Below are positions 1 through 8,001 of a DNA stretch of 64,000 bases, piece after piece. Both the position numbers and the translations under genes were made by a program. This DNA is from Candidatus Aminicenantes bacterium UBA647 (GTDB lineage: Bacteria; Acidobacteriota; Aminicenantia; UBA2199): positions 1,310 to 65,309 of the forward strand of contig DBOL01000107.1 in the NCBI GenBank assembly GCA_002299555.1, written 5' to 3'. The notes beneath the pieces were generated by a model that saw nothing but the letters and a program-made list of their open reading frames with translations, made no database searches and was not told where the DNA came from. Each line of letters begins with the position of its first letter. Position 1 is the first letter of the stretch.

Positions 1-586
1 AAATATTTTCTCTTTCTATTTTTTCCCCATCTATTTCCAGGAAAACCTTATAGCTCCTGAGAAATATAATTTTATCGATCACGCCGATTGTATATGAAAG
101 ATTTCCAAAAATTTTCAACTTTTGAGCAAGCTTATTCACATCTGCTACAAATCCCAGTCCGATGATGTTCAGATAATAATAAATTTTCTCACCTGTCCTG
201 AATTTGCCAACATCAACTTTCCTGGTTTTGTTACCAGCGATCAAATTGATAGCGGACCTCCAGTCTCCTGACTTCAGACCAATATCTTTCACAAATGCAT
301 TACCAGTCCCAATGGGAAGTATCCCGAAAGGAGGTTTTACTTTACCCGTATTCAAATAATATCCATTAAGGGACTCAAACATCGTTCCATCACCTCCGGC
401 CGAGACAACTCCGTCATATTCGGAAAGATCTGCATCCTTCACAAGATCAACTGCATTACCGGGGCTGGATGTTTTTAAAAGATCAACTGAAATTTTCCTC
501 TCATTAAATTCATTTTTGATCTTAGAGAGAAGTTTGTCGGCTTTGCCATTCCCTGCGGTCGGATTATAAACAAGTAAAATCTTCAT
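1..586 (-). CDS. Diacylglycerol/lipid kinase family protein (YegS/BmrU-like), N-terminal ~195 aa; 3' end lies beyond the window start
   Basis: Absent from the ORF track because no stop lies in the window. The reverse strand from ATG at 586-584 reads MKILLVYNPTAGNGKADKL...YDGVVSAGGDGTMFESLNG...FGILPIGTGNAFVKDIG. These are the DAGK catalytic-domain GGDGT and PxGTGN motifs. The frame stays open to position 1. Confidence 0.8.
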   Translation of the reverse strand, partial: MKILLVYNPTAGNGKADKLLSKIKNEFNERKISVDLLKTSSPGNAVDLVKDADLSEYDGVVSAGGDGTMFESLNGYYLNTGKVKPPFGILPIGTGNAFVKDIGLKSGDWRSAINLIAGNKTRKVDVGKFRTGEKIYYYLNIIGLGFVADVNKLAQKLKIFGNLSYTIGVIDKIIFLRSYKVFLEIDGEKIERENI

Positions 587-749
587 TTTAAATTCCTTTT
601 TGAAATTATTTTTACTACTATTTCTGATCACAAAATAAAACAATCATCAAGAATAATTTAATATTAACAAAAAGGATATAATGAAATAGGAATTTTTTCA
701 ACTCCCGGATATCATCAACCTTTTATGGTCCCTTCCAGGAAATATTTTT

Positions 750-2558
750 TTATTTTTTTATCCCAAGACGTTTCATTTTCTTATGAAGGCCCTGATAAGT
801 TATTCCAATCTCTGCCGCAGTTCTGGATTTATTCCAACTATTCTTCCCTAAAAGATGGATTATGTAATCCTTTTCAGTCCCATATTTCCCATAAATACCC
901 GTGTTTAGAATTTCCGTCCCCTCATTTATCACTTTTCCTCTTATTATTTCATCAGACAGCAATTCGAAATAGATACTCTCTCCATCCTCTACCAGATTTA
1001 CAAGCCTCCTGATCTCATTCTCCAATTGTCTTATGTTCCCCGGCCATGAATAACCTTCCATTGCTTTGAATACCTGGACAGTATATCCTCCGATGTTTTT
1101 CCCCAGCTCTTCTGAGAACTTTCCTGTAAAATAATTTATCAGAGATGAAATATCCTCTCTCCTATCCCTGAGAGGAGGAATGCTGATCCTGTGATGAACA
1201 AGTCTATAATAAAGATCTTCTCTGAAATTGCCGTCAGTAATAAGCGTTTTCAAATTTTTATTGGTCAATGAAACAATTCTGAGATCGACTTTGATTGGAG
1301 TTGTTCCCCCGACACTGTAAAATTCATGCTCCTGCAGAACCCGCAAAATTTTCGCCTGCAGCGAGAGAGGCATATCACCAATTTCATCAAGAATAAGAGT
1401 TCCTCCTGAGGCCATTTCAAGTTTCCCCTTCTTCTTTACATGAGCTCCAGTGAATGATCCTTTCTCATGTCCAAATAATTCCGATTCAAGAAGAGTCTCC
1501 GGGATAGCGGCACAATTTATTGCTACGAAAGGCCCCCTGCTCCTTCTCGAGTGTTCGTGAAGCAATCTGGCAAATAATTCCTTCCCGGTTCCGGATTCAC
1601 CATCTATCAGAACGAAAACATCACTTTTGGCAATTTTAATAGTTTGCTTTATTAAGCTCTTCACTTCAGGATTCAATGCCACAATCGATATTTTTTCAGG
1701 AACCTGACCTTCATCGTGTTCTTCTAAAACTTTTTCCCTGTCAATATTCAATAAAATTCTAGCCAGCACAGATATCTCTTTTGCAAGCAGGTCCAGGAAT
1801 TCAAGAACAATATCTCCTTCAGCGATGGAAGGATTTACGGGAACATAAATCATAACAGCTTTGATATCCCTTAATTCTACCGGGAAAGAATAGAATCTTA
1901 ATTTTGTATCAGGAAAAGTAACATCACTCCTGGATACTTTAAAGAGCTCCTTATCCTTTTCAGCAAGATTGTTAACCATATTTACAAGATCATCTATTTT
2001 TTCTATTGTGAAATAAATATTATGACCTCCGTTCTCCTGTGATAATAATGCGACCGAACCGAAATTCTGCAACTGGGACAGGTAATCTGACAGATCATGA
2101 ATGAAATGATTGAAACTTCGTTTCCTGAATCCTGTTTTTGCAATATATTGAAGTATATCTGCAAAAATATCATTTAAGAATCTGGTTTCCTCCTCTTCCT
2201 TTACCGGAGTCGGTGATGAAGAATTAATTCCATTAAATATCGGTCTTAGCTCTTCTGCTGTTTCAAACTCGTCAAGGTCCCCTTCTCTCAGAAAGAATTC
2301 CAGCCCTCCGATATTGAAGGACTCCCCAATCTCAAGCCTGGATTCTTCGATCTTAACATTTCTCACATAGGTCCCGTTTGTCGAGTCGAGGTCCCGGATA
2401 GTGATATCATTTCCAATCAGGATCTTGATATGCTTCCTGGATATGGAGTCAAGGTCGAGGACGAGGTCACAATCCTTTTTTCTTCCAATACAAACTTCAC
2501 TTCCCCTGAGTGGAAATTTCCTTATAAAGCCATCTATATAGTAAAGAAGATATCTCAT
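750..2558 (-). CDS. Sigma-54-dependent transcriptional activator (bEBP) with N-terminal FHA domain
   Basis: ORF track gives 750..2618 from a TTG; I trim to ATG 2558 (MRYLLYYIDGF...). FHA signature: CIGRKKDCDLVLDLDSISRKHIKI...DLDSTNGTYVRN. AAA+ sigma-54 interaction module: Walker A GESGTGKE, GSFTGA (GAFTGA variant), GGTLILDEIGDM. C-terminal Fis-type HTH: SRTAAEIGITYQGLHKKMKRLGI. Confidence 0.9.
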   Translation of the reverse strand: MRYLLYYIDGFIRKFPLRGSEVCIGRKKDCDLVLDLDSISRKHIKILIGNDITIRDLDSTNGTYVRNVKIEESRLEIGESFNIGGLEFFLREGDLDEFETAEELRPIFNGINSSSPTPVKEEEETRFLNDIFADILQYIAKTGFRKRSFNHFIHDLSDYLSQLQNFGSVALLSQENGGHNIYFTIEKIDDLVNMVNNLAEKDKELFKVSRSDVTFPDTKLRFYSFPVELRDIKAVMIYVPVNPSIAEGDIVLEFLDLLAKEISVLARILLNIDREKVLEEHDEGQVPEKISIVALNPEVKSLIKQTIKIAKSDVFVLIDGESGTGKELFARLLHEHSRRSRGPFVAINCAAIPETLLESELFGHEKGSFTGAHVKKKGKLEMASGGTLILDEIGDMPLSLQAKILRVLQEHEFYSVGGTTPIKVDLRIVSLTNKNLKTLITDGNFREDLYYRLVHHRISIPPLRDRREDISSLINYFTGKFSEELGKNIGGYTVQVFKAMEGYSWPGNIRQLENEIRRLVNLVEDGESIYFELLSDEIIRGKVINEGTEILNTGIYGKYGTEKDYIIHLLGKNSWNKSRTAAEIGITYQGLHKKMKRLGIKK

Positions 2559-2610
2559 CCGAATATTATATTTGTTATGGACTGTAATATCAACTTTTTT
2601 GATCAAGTTT

Positions 2611-2647
2611 ATAAACAAAGTTTATAGTCGCTATAAACTTTGTTTAT
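2611..2647. promoter_or_regulatory. Tandem palindromic operator / putative bEBP upstream activating sequence
   Basis: ATAAACAAAGTTTATAG-tcg-CTATAAACTTTGTTTAT is a perfect 17-bp inverted repeat with a 3-bp spacer. It also reads as two copies of ATAAAC-N3-GTTTAT (2611-2625, 2633-2647), 22 bp centre to centre. It sits 53 bp upstream of the bEBP start codon and about 104 bp upstream of the -24 element at 2751. Confidence 0.55.
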
Positions 2648-2750
2648 ACTGCTCAGATATCACATAATGCCCCGATCAAATATGATTGAATTTGTCTATT
2701 ACTATAGGGCGTTTTCAAAATTCTTATATTTTTTCTCGAAAACAGAATTT

Positions 2751-2766
2751 TGGCATACATATTGCT
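2751..2766 (+). promoter_or_regulatory. Sigma-54 (-24/-12) promoter
   Basis: TGGCATacataTTGCT matches TGGCAC-N5-TTGCW with exact GG-N10-GC spacing. It is intergenic, divergent from the bEBP gene, and has a palindromic UAS at the canonical distance upstream. It was the only correctly spaced match in my by-eye scan of TGGCA/TGCCA occurrences on both strands. Confidence 0.6.
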
Positions 2767-2858
2767 TTGTAATATCAACTCCTGATAACAGGGATTTTGG
2801 AAGGGATTGTTTACAAAGGAGATTTGTGAGGGGGAGAGAGTTGGAAAGGATTCTATAT

Positions 2859-5432
2859 TTACTCCTTTACAGTGAAGTCAAAGTTCTCTCCTTTGTATTC
2901 GATCTTTATTATTGAAGAGTTATCTATTTCTCCTGCTAAGATCATATTTGATAATTTGTCCTGTATCTCTTTCTGGATCACTCTCTTCAGTGGCCTTGCT
3001 CCAAGTACGGGATTAAATCCGAGTTCTGCAAGTTTATCTAATGCAATTTCGCTAATTTCGGTTTTGATCCCTGCGGATTCAAGTTGTGCCTGCAACTTTG
3101 ATATCTCTAATACTGCAATCTTTTTTATCATTTCCCTGTCCAGAGGCCTGAATGTTATAATTTCATCTATCCTGTTAAGGAATTCAGGTTTGAAATATTT
3201 GAAAAGGAGATCATCTATTTCATTTTTGATCTCTTCATATCCTGACTTTCCCTGAATAATATCAGATCCAAGATTTGAGGTCATGATGATTATAGTATTT
3301 GAAAAATTTACGGTTTTCCCTTTTCCATCAGTAAGACGCCCATCGTCCAGCAATTGTAATAAAACATTAAAAACATCAGGATGGGCTTTTTCTATCTCAT
3401 CAAGAAGGACCAGTGAATAGGGCCTCCTCTTCACTGCCTCTGTAAGCTGCCCACCCTCATCATAACCGATATATCCCGGAGGGGCACCGATAAGGCGGGA
3501 GATCGAATGTTTTTCCATATATTCAGACATGTCGATCCTTATCATAGTTTTATCATTATTGAACATGAATTCACTTAAAGCTCTGGCAAGCTCTGTTTTC
3601 CCTACTCCGGTAGGTCCTAAGAAAATAAATGATCCTATCGGTTTCCCCTGTTCATTCAATCCGGCTTTTGATCTACGGATTACATTTGCAATCGCCGTGA
3701 CAGCTTCATCCTGCCCTACCACCCTTCTTTTAATTATCTCCTCCATCCGCAACAACTTCTCTCTTTCACCGCTCAGGAGTTTTGAAACGGGGATACCTGT
3801 CCATTTTGATACAACATCCGCGATATCCTCTTCGGTCACCAATTCAGTAAGGATCTTCTTCTCGGACTGCAATTCATTCAACTCAGCCTGAATATTATCG
3901 ATCTCATTTCTAATCTCAGGAATATTGCCATATTGTATCTGAGAGGCAGTTTCATAATCATTATTCCGCTCTGCATCCTGCTTCTTTATCTTAAGATTAT
4001 CAATCTCCTCTTTTTTGTCCCTGAGTTTCCCTATTAATGATTTCTCACTATTCCAATGCTCTCTGATCTTGTCTCTTGATAACTTCAAGTCCTCAAGATC
4101 GTCAACAAGATTTTTCATTTTTTCTCTGGCATCTTTACTATTCTCTTTTTTCAAAGCCTGCTTCTCGATCTCCATCTGCATGATCTTTCTTTCAAGTTCA
4201 TCCAGCTCTTCCGGCATGGAGTCAATTTCTATCCTCAGTTTTGAAGAAGCCTCATCTATAAGGTCTATAGCTTTATCAGGCTGGAACCGATCAGAGATAT
4301 ATCTTTCCGAAAGTGTAGCTGCAGATATTAGCGCAGCATCCAAAATTTTGATCCCATGATGGATTTCATACTTCTCTTTTATTCCCCGTAGTATGGAAAT
4401 AGTCTCTTCCACCGAAGGCTGCTTAACAAAGATCGGTTGAAACCTCCTTTCAAGTGCAGGATCCTTCTCTATATACTTTTTATATTCATTGAGTGTTGTT
4501 GCTCCGATAGATCTCAACTCTCCTCTTGCCAAAGGAGGCTTAAGCATATTGGATGCATCTAAGGAGCCTTCAGATGCTCCGGCTCCGACTATAGTATGCA
4601 GTTCATCCATAAAAAGAATTATCTGCCCGTCAGATTCGACAACTTCATTTATAACTGCCTTTAACCTCTCTTCAAATTCTCCTCTAAACTTTGCACCGGC
4701 CAGAAGACTTCCAAGATCAAGCGATACAACCCTTTTGTCTTTAAGTATTTCGGGAATATCACCCTGTACTATCCTTATTGCAAGTCCCTCTACGATCGCA
4801 GTCTTTCCAACACCGGCATCACCGATAAGGAGAGGATTGTTCTTTTTTCTCCTTACCAGAACCTGCATAACTCTTCTTATCTCCTCATCTCTGCCTATCA
4901 CAGGGTCAAGTTTCCCTTCTCTCGCCATTTCAACAAGATCCTTCCCGTATTTCAGGAGGGGCTGCATTTTATCCTCCGGATTCTGATCCGTAACCCTCTG
5001 ATTCCCCCTCAGGTCCATAAGAACCTTCAGGAAAGTATCTTCATTAATTCCATACTTTTTGAGAATTGCTGCCGGATCGTTTCCGGAACGAATAATAGAA
5101 ATAAATATATGCTCGGTTGAAACATAATCATCCTTGAAATTTTTAGCAATATTGATAGAATTATCAAGAGTTTTCTTCAGCTCTTTCCCTATGAACCTGT
5201 CAGCTCCATGTACTTTAGGCAGTTTCGATACCACATCTTCGAGATCTGAAAGTATTCTTCCTGTGTCTACTCCTGTCTTCTTAAGAACTTCAGGTACTAT
5301 ATTCTCATTGTCCCTGATGATCGAGTAACCCAGATGGGCGTCTGTAACTTCCTGATTCCCATTTTCACCCGCATACCGGATACTCTCTTCAATAACCTTA
5401 TTTCCCTTTAATGTAAATTTATCCATGTTCAT
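2859..5432 (-). CDS. clpB: ATP-dependent chaperone/disaggregase ClpB
   Basis: ORF 2859..5477; I trim to ATG 5432 ([17 protein letters not shown]), preceded by GGGAG. Two AAA+ modules: [15 protein letters not shown] and [15 protein letters not shown] long coiled-coil middle domain and an ~857 aa length are typical of ClpB rather than ClpA/C. Confidence 0.95.
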   Translation of the reverse strand: MNMDKFTLKGNKVIEESIRYAGENGNQEVTDAHLGYSIIRDNENIVPEVLKKTGVDTGRILSDLEDVVSKLPKVHGADRFIGKELKKTLDNSINIAKNFKDDYVSTEHIFISIIRSGNDPAAILKKYGINEDTFLKVLMDLRGNQRVTDQNPEDKMQPLLKYGKDLVEMAREGKLDPVIGRDEEIRRVMQVLVRRKKNNPLLIGDAGVGKTAIVEGLAIRIVQGDIPEILKDKRVVSLDLGSLLAGAKFRGEFEERLKAVINEVVESDGQIILFMDELHTIVGAGASEGSLDASNMLKPPLARGELRSIGATTLNEYKKYIEKDPALERRFQPIFVKQPSVEETISILRGIKEKYEIHHGIKILDAALISAATLSERYISDRFQPDKAIDLIDEASSKLRIEIDSMPEELDELERKIMQMEIEKQALKKENSKDAREKMKNLVDDLEDLKLSRDKIREHWNSEKSLIGKLRDKKEEIDNLKIKKQDAERNNDYETASQIQYGNIPEIRNEIDNIQAELNELQSEKKILTELVTEEDIADVVSKWTGIPVSKLLSGEREKLLRMEEIIKRRVVGQDEAVTAIANVIRRSKAGLNEQGKPIGSFIFLGPTGVGKTELARALSEFMFNNDKTMIRIDMSEYMEKHSISRLIGAPPGYIGYDEGGQLTEAVKRRPYSLVLLDEIEKAHPDVFNVLLQLLDDGRLTDGKGKTVNFSNTIIIMTSNLGSDIIQGKSGYEEIKNEIDDLLFKYFKPEFLNRIDEIITFRPLDREMIKKIAVLEISKLQAQLESAGIKTEISEIALDKLAELGFNPVLGARPLKRVIQKEIQDKLSNMILAGEIDNSSIIKIEYKGENFDFTVKE

Positions 5433-5511
5433 ATTAACTCCCGGGACTCTCAATATATTTAACTGAATTTGAAGCAAACATAATTCTCATAGCCCTATTT
5501 TATTAATTATT

Positions 5512-6645
5512 ATGTTGATATTATATTACTTTTCACCAATAATTCAACTATGCTTATCTGTGATCTCAAAAAGGGAAATCGCAATTGTGAGTAACAATAT
5601 TGATCCTGACAAACTCTACTACGATAACTTGCAGAGAGTTCTGAGAAGAGGCCTGACCTTTATCCCGCCTGTTAGCCTCGTTAACGAAACAGGAGAGATA
5701 TATTCCAAAAAGAATACATTGAACTTCACATTAGCCGAGCCATATTCAGCAATTTCCAGATATTTTCTTGAAATGAGATATGAGGATATAATACCGGTTG
5801 ACTCAGAATCGGGATTGTTCCTCCCCCGGATATCAATTTCACCTAGAACTTCCAACACAGACCTGATAAAGATCGCCGGGAAAGCAGGGGCCGTTATTCC
5901 ATCAGATGGAACTGTCGTAACGGGCAGCAGCGAGGGGACGGAAAGCCTTTTCACACTTTTCAGCATTGTATGTTTTTCAATCTTCGTAAAATTTTTTCAT
6001 ACCATCCTGAAGAGAAAAAACAACCATACTATCACTCTCAGGGATTATGATTACCTTGATCTTGTAAGAACTTACGAGCACAAATATTCACCTTTACCTG
6101 AGCCGCGGAAAGATAAAAATGAAGAAAATATCCTGACAAAAATAGTTTCAGCCGGAAGTTCTATAGTCTCAAGGAGATTGGTTGACTCGATATTCGGGAA
6201 TATATCTCTAAGAGATGGAGAACATCTCTTTATTAGTGAGTCCGGTTCTTTCCTTGATGATCTTAATGATAGAATAGTTAAAGTCCCTTTGACCGGTAGT
6301 TCCGGATCTTCCCGAAAACCATCAAGTGAAATTGAAGTTCACCGGAATATTTATAAGGAAACTGAAGAAACATCTTTAATCCACGGACATCCAATGTTCA
6401 CAATAATACTTTCACTGGACTGCACTAATGAGTGCTCTGTCATTGGTGAGATTCCGGTAGTTTCAGATGAAAACGGGCCCGGTCTGGAATACTCAATACC
6501 GGAAGTGATCAGCAAAAATGGAAATGTAATCGCAAAAGGGCACGGGATATTTTGTTCCGGGAGCGGTGATCTCAATCAATCCCTGAACCGGATGGCAGAG
6601 ATCGAAAATTATTGCAGAGAAGAGTATTTCAGAAGGTTGCTTTGA
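5512..6645 (+). CDS. Class II aldolase/adducin-domain protein with uncharacterised ~200-aa N-terminal region
   Basis: The C-terminal half carries the class II aldolase pattern: FGNISLRDGEHLFISESGSFLDDL...KPSSEIEVHRNIYKE...SLIHGHPMFTIILS...KGHGIFCSG. I did not recognise the N-terminal half. The start codon is uncertain. Confidence 0.5.
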   Translation: MLILYYFSPIIQLCLSVISKREIAIVSNNIDPDKLYYDNLQRVLRRGLTFIPPVSLVNETGEIYSKKNTLNFTLAEPYSAISRYFLEMRYEDIIPVDSESGLFLPRISISPRTSNTDLIKIAGKAGAVIPSDGTVVTGSSEGTESLFTLFSIVCFSIFVKFFHTILKRKNNHTITLRDYDYLDLVRTYEHKYSPLPEPRKDKNEENILTKIVSAGSSIVSRRLVDSIFGNISLRDGEHLFISESGSFLDDLNDRIVKVPLTGSSGSSRKPSSEIEVHRNIYKETEETSLIHGHPMFTIILSLDCTNECSVIGEIPVVSDENGPGLEYSIPEVISKNGNVIAKGHGIFCSGSGDLNQSLNRMAEIENYCREEYFRRLL

Positions 6646-6876
6646 TCAGGCTAGTCTCACTTCATTGATCTCCGGAATCTCAGCTCTTATTGTTTGCTCA
6701 ACATATCCTTTGATAGTCATAGTGCTCATGGGGCAGCCGTTGCATGCACCGGTCAAATTAACAAGGACAACGCCTTCATCTTCAAGGACATCAACAAGTT
6801 CGATCCCACCACCATCAGCCTGAAGAGCCGGCCTTACCTTATCTATAATATTGTCTACTTTTTCTTTAAGTGTCAT
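6646..6876 (-). CDS. NifU-like (Nfu-type) Fe-S cluster assembly domain protein
   Basis: 76 aa. VRPALQADGGGIELVDV...VLVNLTGACNGCPMSTMTIKGYVEQ is the NifU C-terminal domain with its CxxC pair. Confidence 0.85.
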   Translation of the reverse strand: MTLKEKVDNIIDKVRPALQADGGGIELVDVLEDEGVVLVNLTGACNGCPMSTMTIKGYVEQTIRAEIPEINEVRLA

Positions 6877-6890
6877 TTCATTCTCCTGAA

Positions 6891-7796
6891 CTATACATAT
6901 TTTAACATCTCATTAAGAGATCTCAAAGCTTTTTTAGATATCTCCTCATCTATCTCTATCTCATACCTCTCATTTTTCAGAGAGAGATATACATCTTTAA
7001 TAGTTGTCCTTTTCATGTTCTGGCAAACCTTAGGCCTCAAAGCCGGATAGAATTTCTTCCCCGGATTCTCACGTCTCATCCTGTCCAAAAGCCCTTCCTC
7101 AGTTGCAATTATAAACTCACTTGCAGGAGAAGTTGAAGCATATCTCAATATCCCGCTCGTAGACAAAACTTCATCCGCAAGATCCACGACCTCACTTCTC
7201 ACCTCAGGATGAACAATAATTTTTGCTTCAGGATGGAGCCTCTTCATATCTATGATCTCTTCTTTCCTGATCCGATTGTGAACATAACAATAACCCTCAA
7301 AAAGAATTATTTTTTTGTCCGGTACCTGAGATTGAACATAACTTCCAAGATTACGATCCGGAACAAAGATGATCTTGTCTGAATCAATATTCGCAACAAC
7401 TTTCGCTGCATTCGAAGATGTACAGCATGCATCACTTTCAGCTTTTATATCAGCACCTGAATTTACATAAGTTACAACTTTCGCTCCGGGATGCTGCTCC
7501 TTAAGATATCTCAGTTCCTCAACTGTGATCATATCTGCCATGGGACATCCGGCATCAAGTCTGGGCAGCAATACTTTCTTCTCAGGAGAAAGTATCTTAG
7601 CTGTCTCAGCCATAAATTTAACTCCGGCAAAAACGATCACACTATTTTTAACATCTGCAGCAAGCCTGCTTAGTTCAAGTGAATCTCCGAGGTGATCAGC
7701 TAACACTTGAACTTCACTTATCTGATAGTTATGTGCTAGTAAGACTGCATCCTTTTCAACTAATAATTTCTTTATCTGTATTGTCAGATCATCCAT
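6891..7796 (-). CDS. nadA: Quinolinate synthase NadA
   Basis: 301 aa. AVLLAHNYQ, VFAGVKFMAETAKILSPEKKVLLP, DAGCPMADM and VTYVNSGADIKA are the characteristic NadA blocks. Confidence 0.9.
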   Translation of the reverse strand: MDDLTIQIKKLLVEKDAVLLAHNYQISEVQVLADHLGDSLELSRLAADVKNSVIVFAGVKFMAETAKILSPEKKVLLPRLDAGCPMADMITVEELRYLKEQHPGAKVVTYVNSGADIKAESDACCTSSNAAKVVANIDSDKIIFVPDRNLGSYVQSQVPDKKIILFEGYCYVHNRIRKEEIIDMKRLHPEAKIIVHPEVRSEVVDLADEVLSTSGILRYASTSPASEFIIATEEGLLDRMRRENPGKKFYPALRPKVCQNMKRTTIKDVYLSLKNERYEIEIDEEISKKALRSLNEMLKYV

Positions 7797-8001
7797 TTTT
7801 CCGCCTCAATCCATTTTAGTACAGATTCCCATATGCGTCAAACTTCCTCCTTAAGGAAAAGAAATGCAGGTTATGATAGATGTCAGGCAAAATTACCCCG
7901 ATTTTCAATTTCATTAAGCCGACTATTGCATACAAAGATGAAGTAAAATAGAATTAATGTTTTCCAGGACCAGGGATGTTATTTTTTTGGGAGGAATTTT
8001 A

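Noticed and set aside
2640-2915. 91-aa + strand ORF spanning the bEBP-clpB intergenic region
   Set aside because: It would run through the UAS dyad and the sigma-54 promoter itself and has an implausible composition. Only its last 29 codons (GTG 2826, RBS-like AAAGGAG) are kept as a speculative small ORF in the sigma-54 finding.
2872-5328. Series of + strand ORFs (2872..3255, 3529..3891, 4015..4359, 4489..4986, 5134..5328) inside the clpB region
   Set aside because: All lie antisense to a very well supported clpB reading frame. Their translations are low-complexity Ser/Ile/Phe-rich mirror-frame artefacts with no motifs.
5619-5966. 115-aa minus-strand ORF opposite the 5512..6645 gene
   Set aside because: It has no motifs and is fully nested antisense. 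However, because the N-terminal half of the + strand gene is itself unrecognised, this rejection is less certain than the others.
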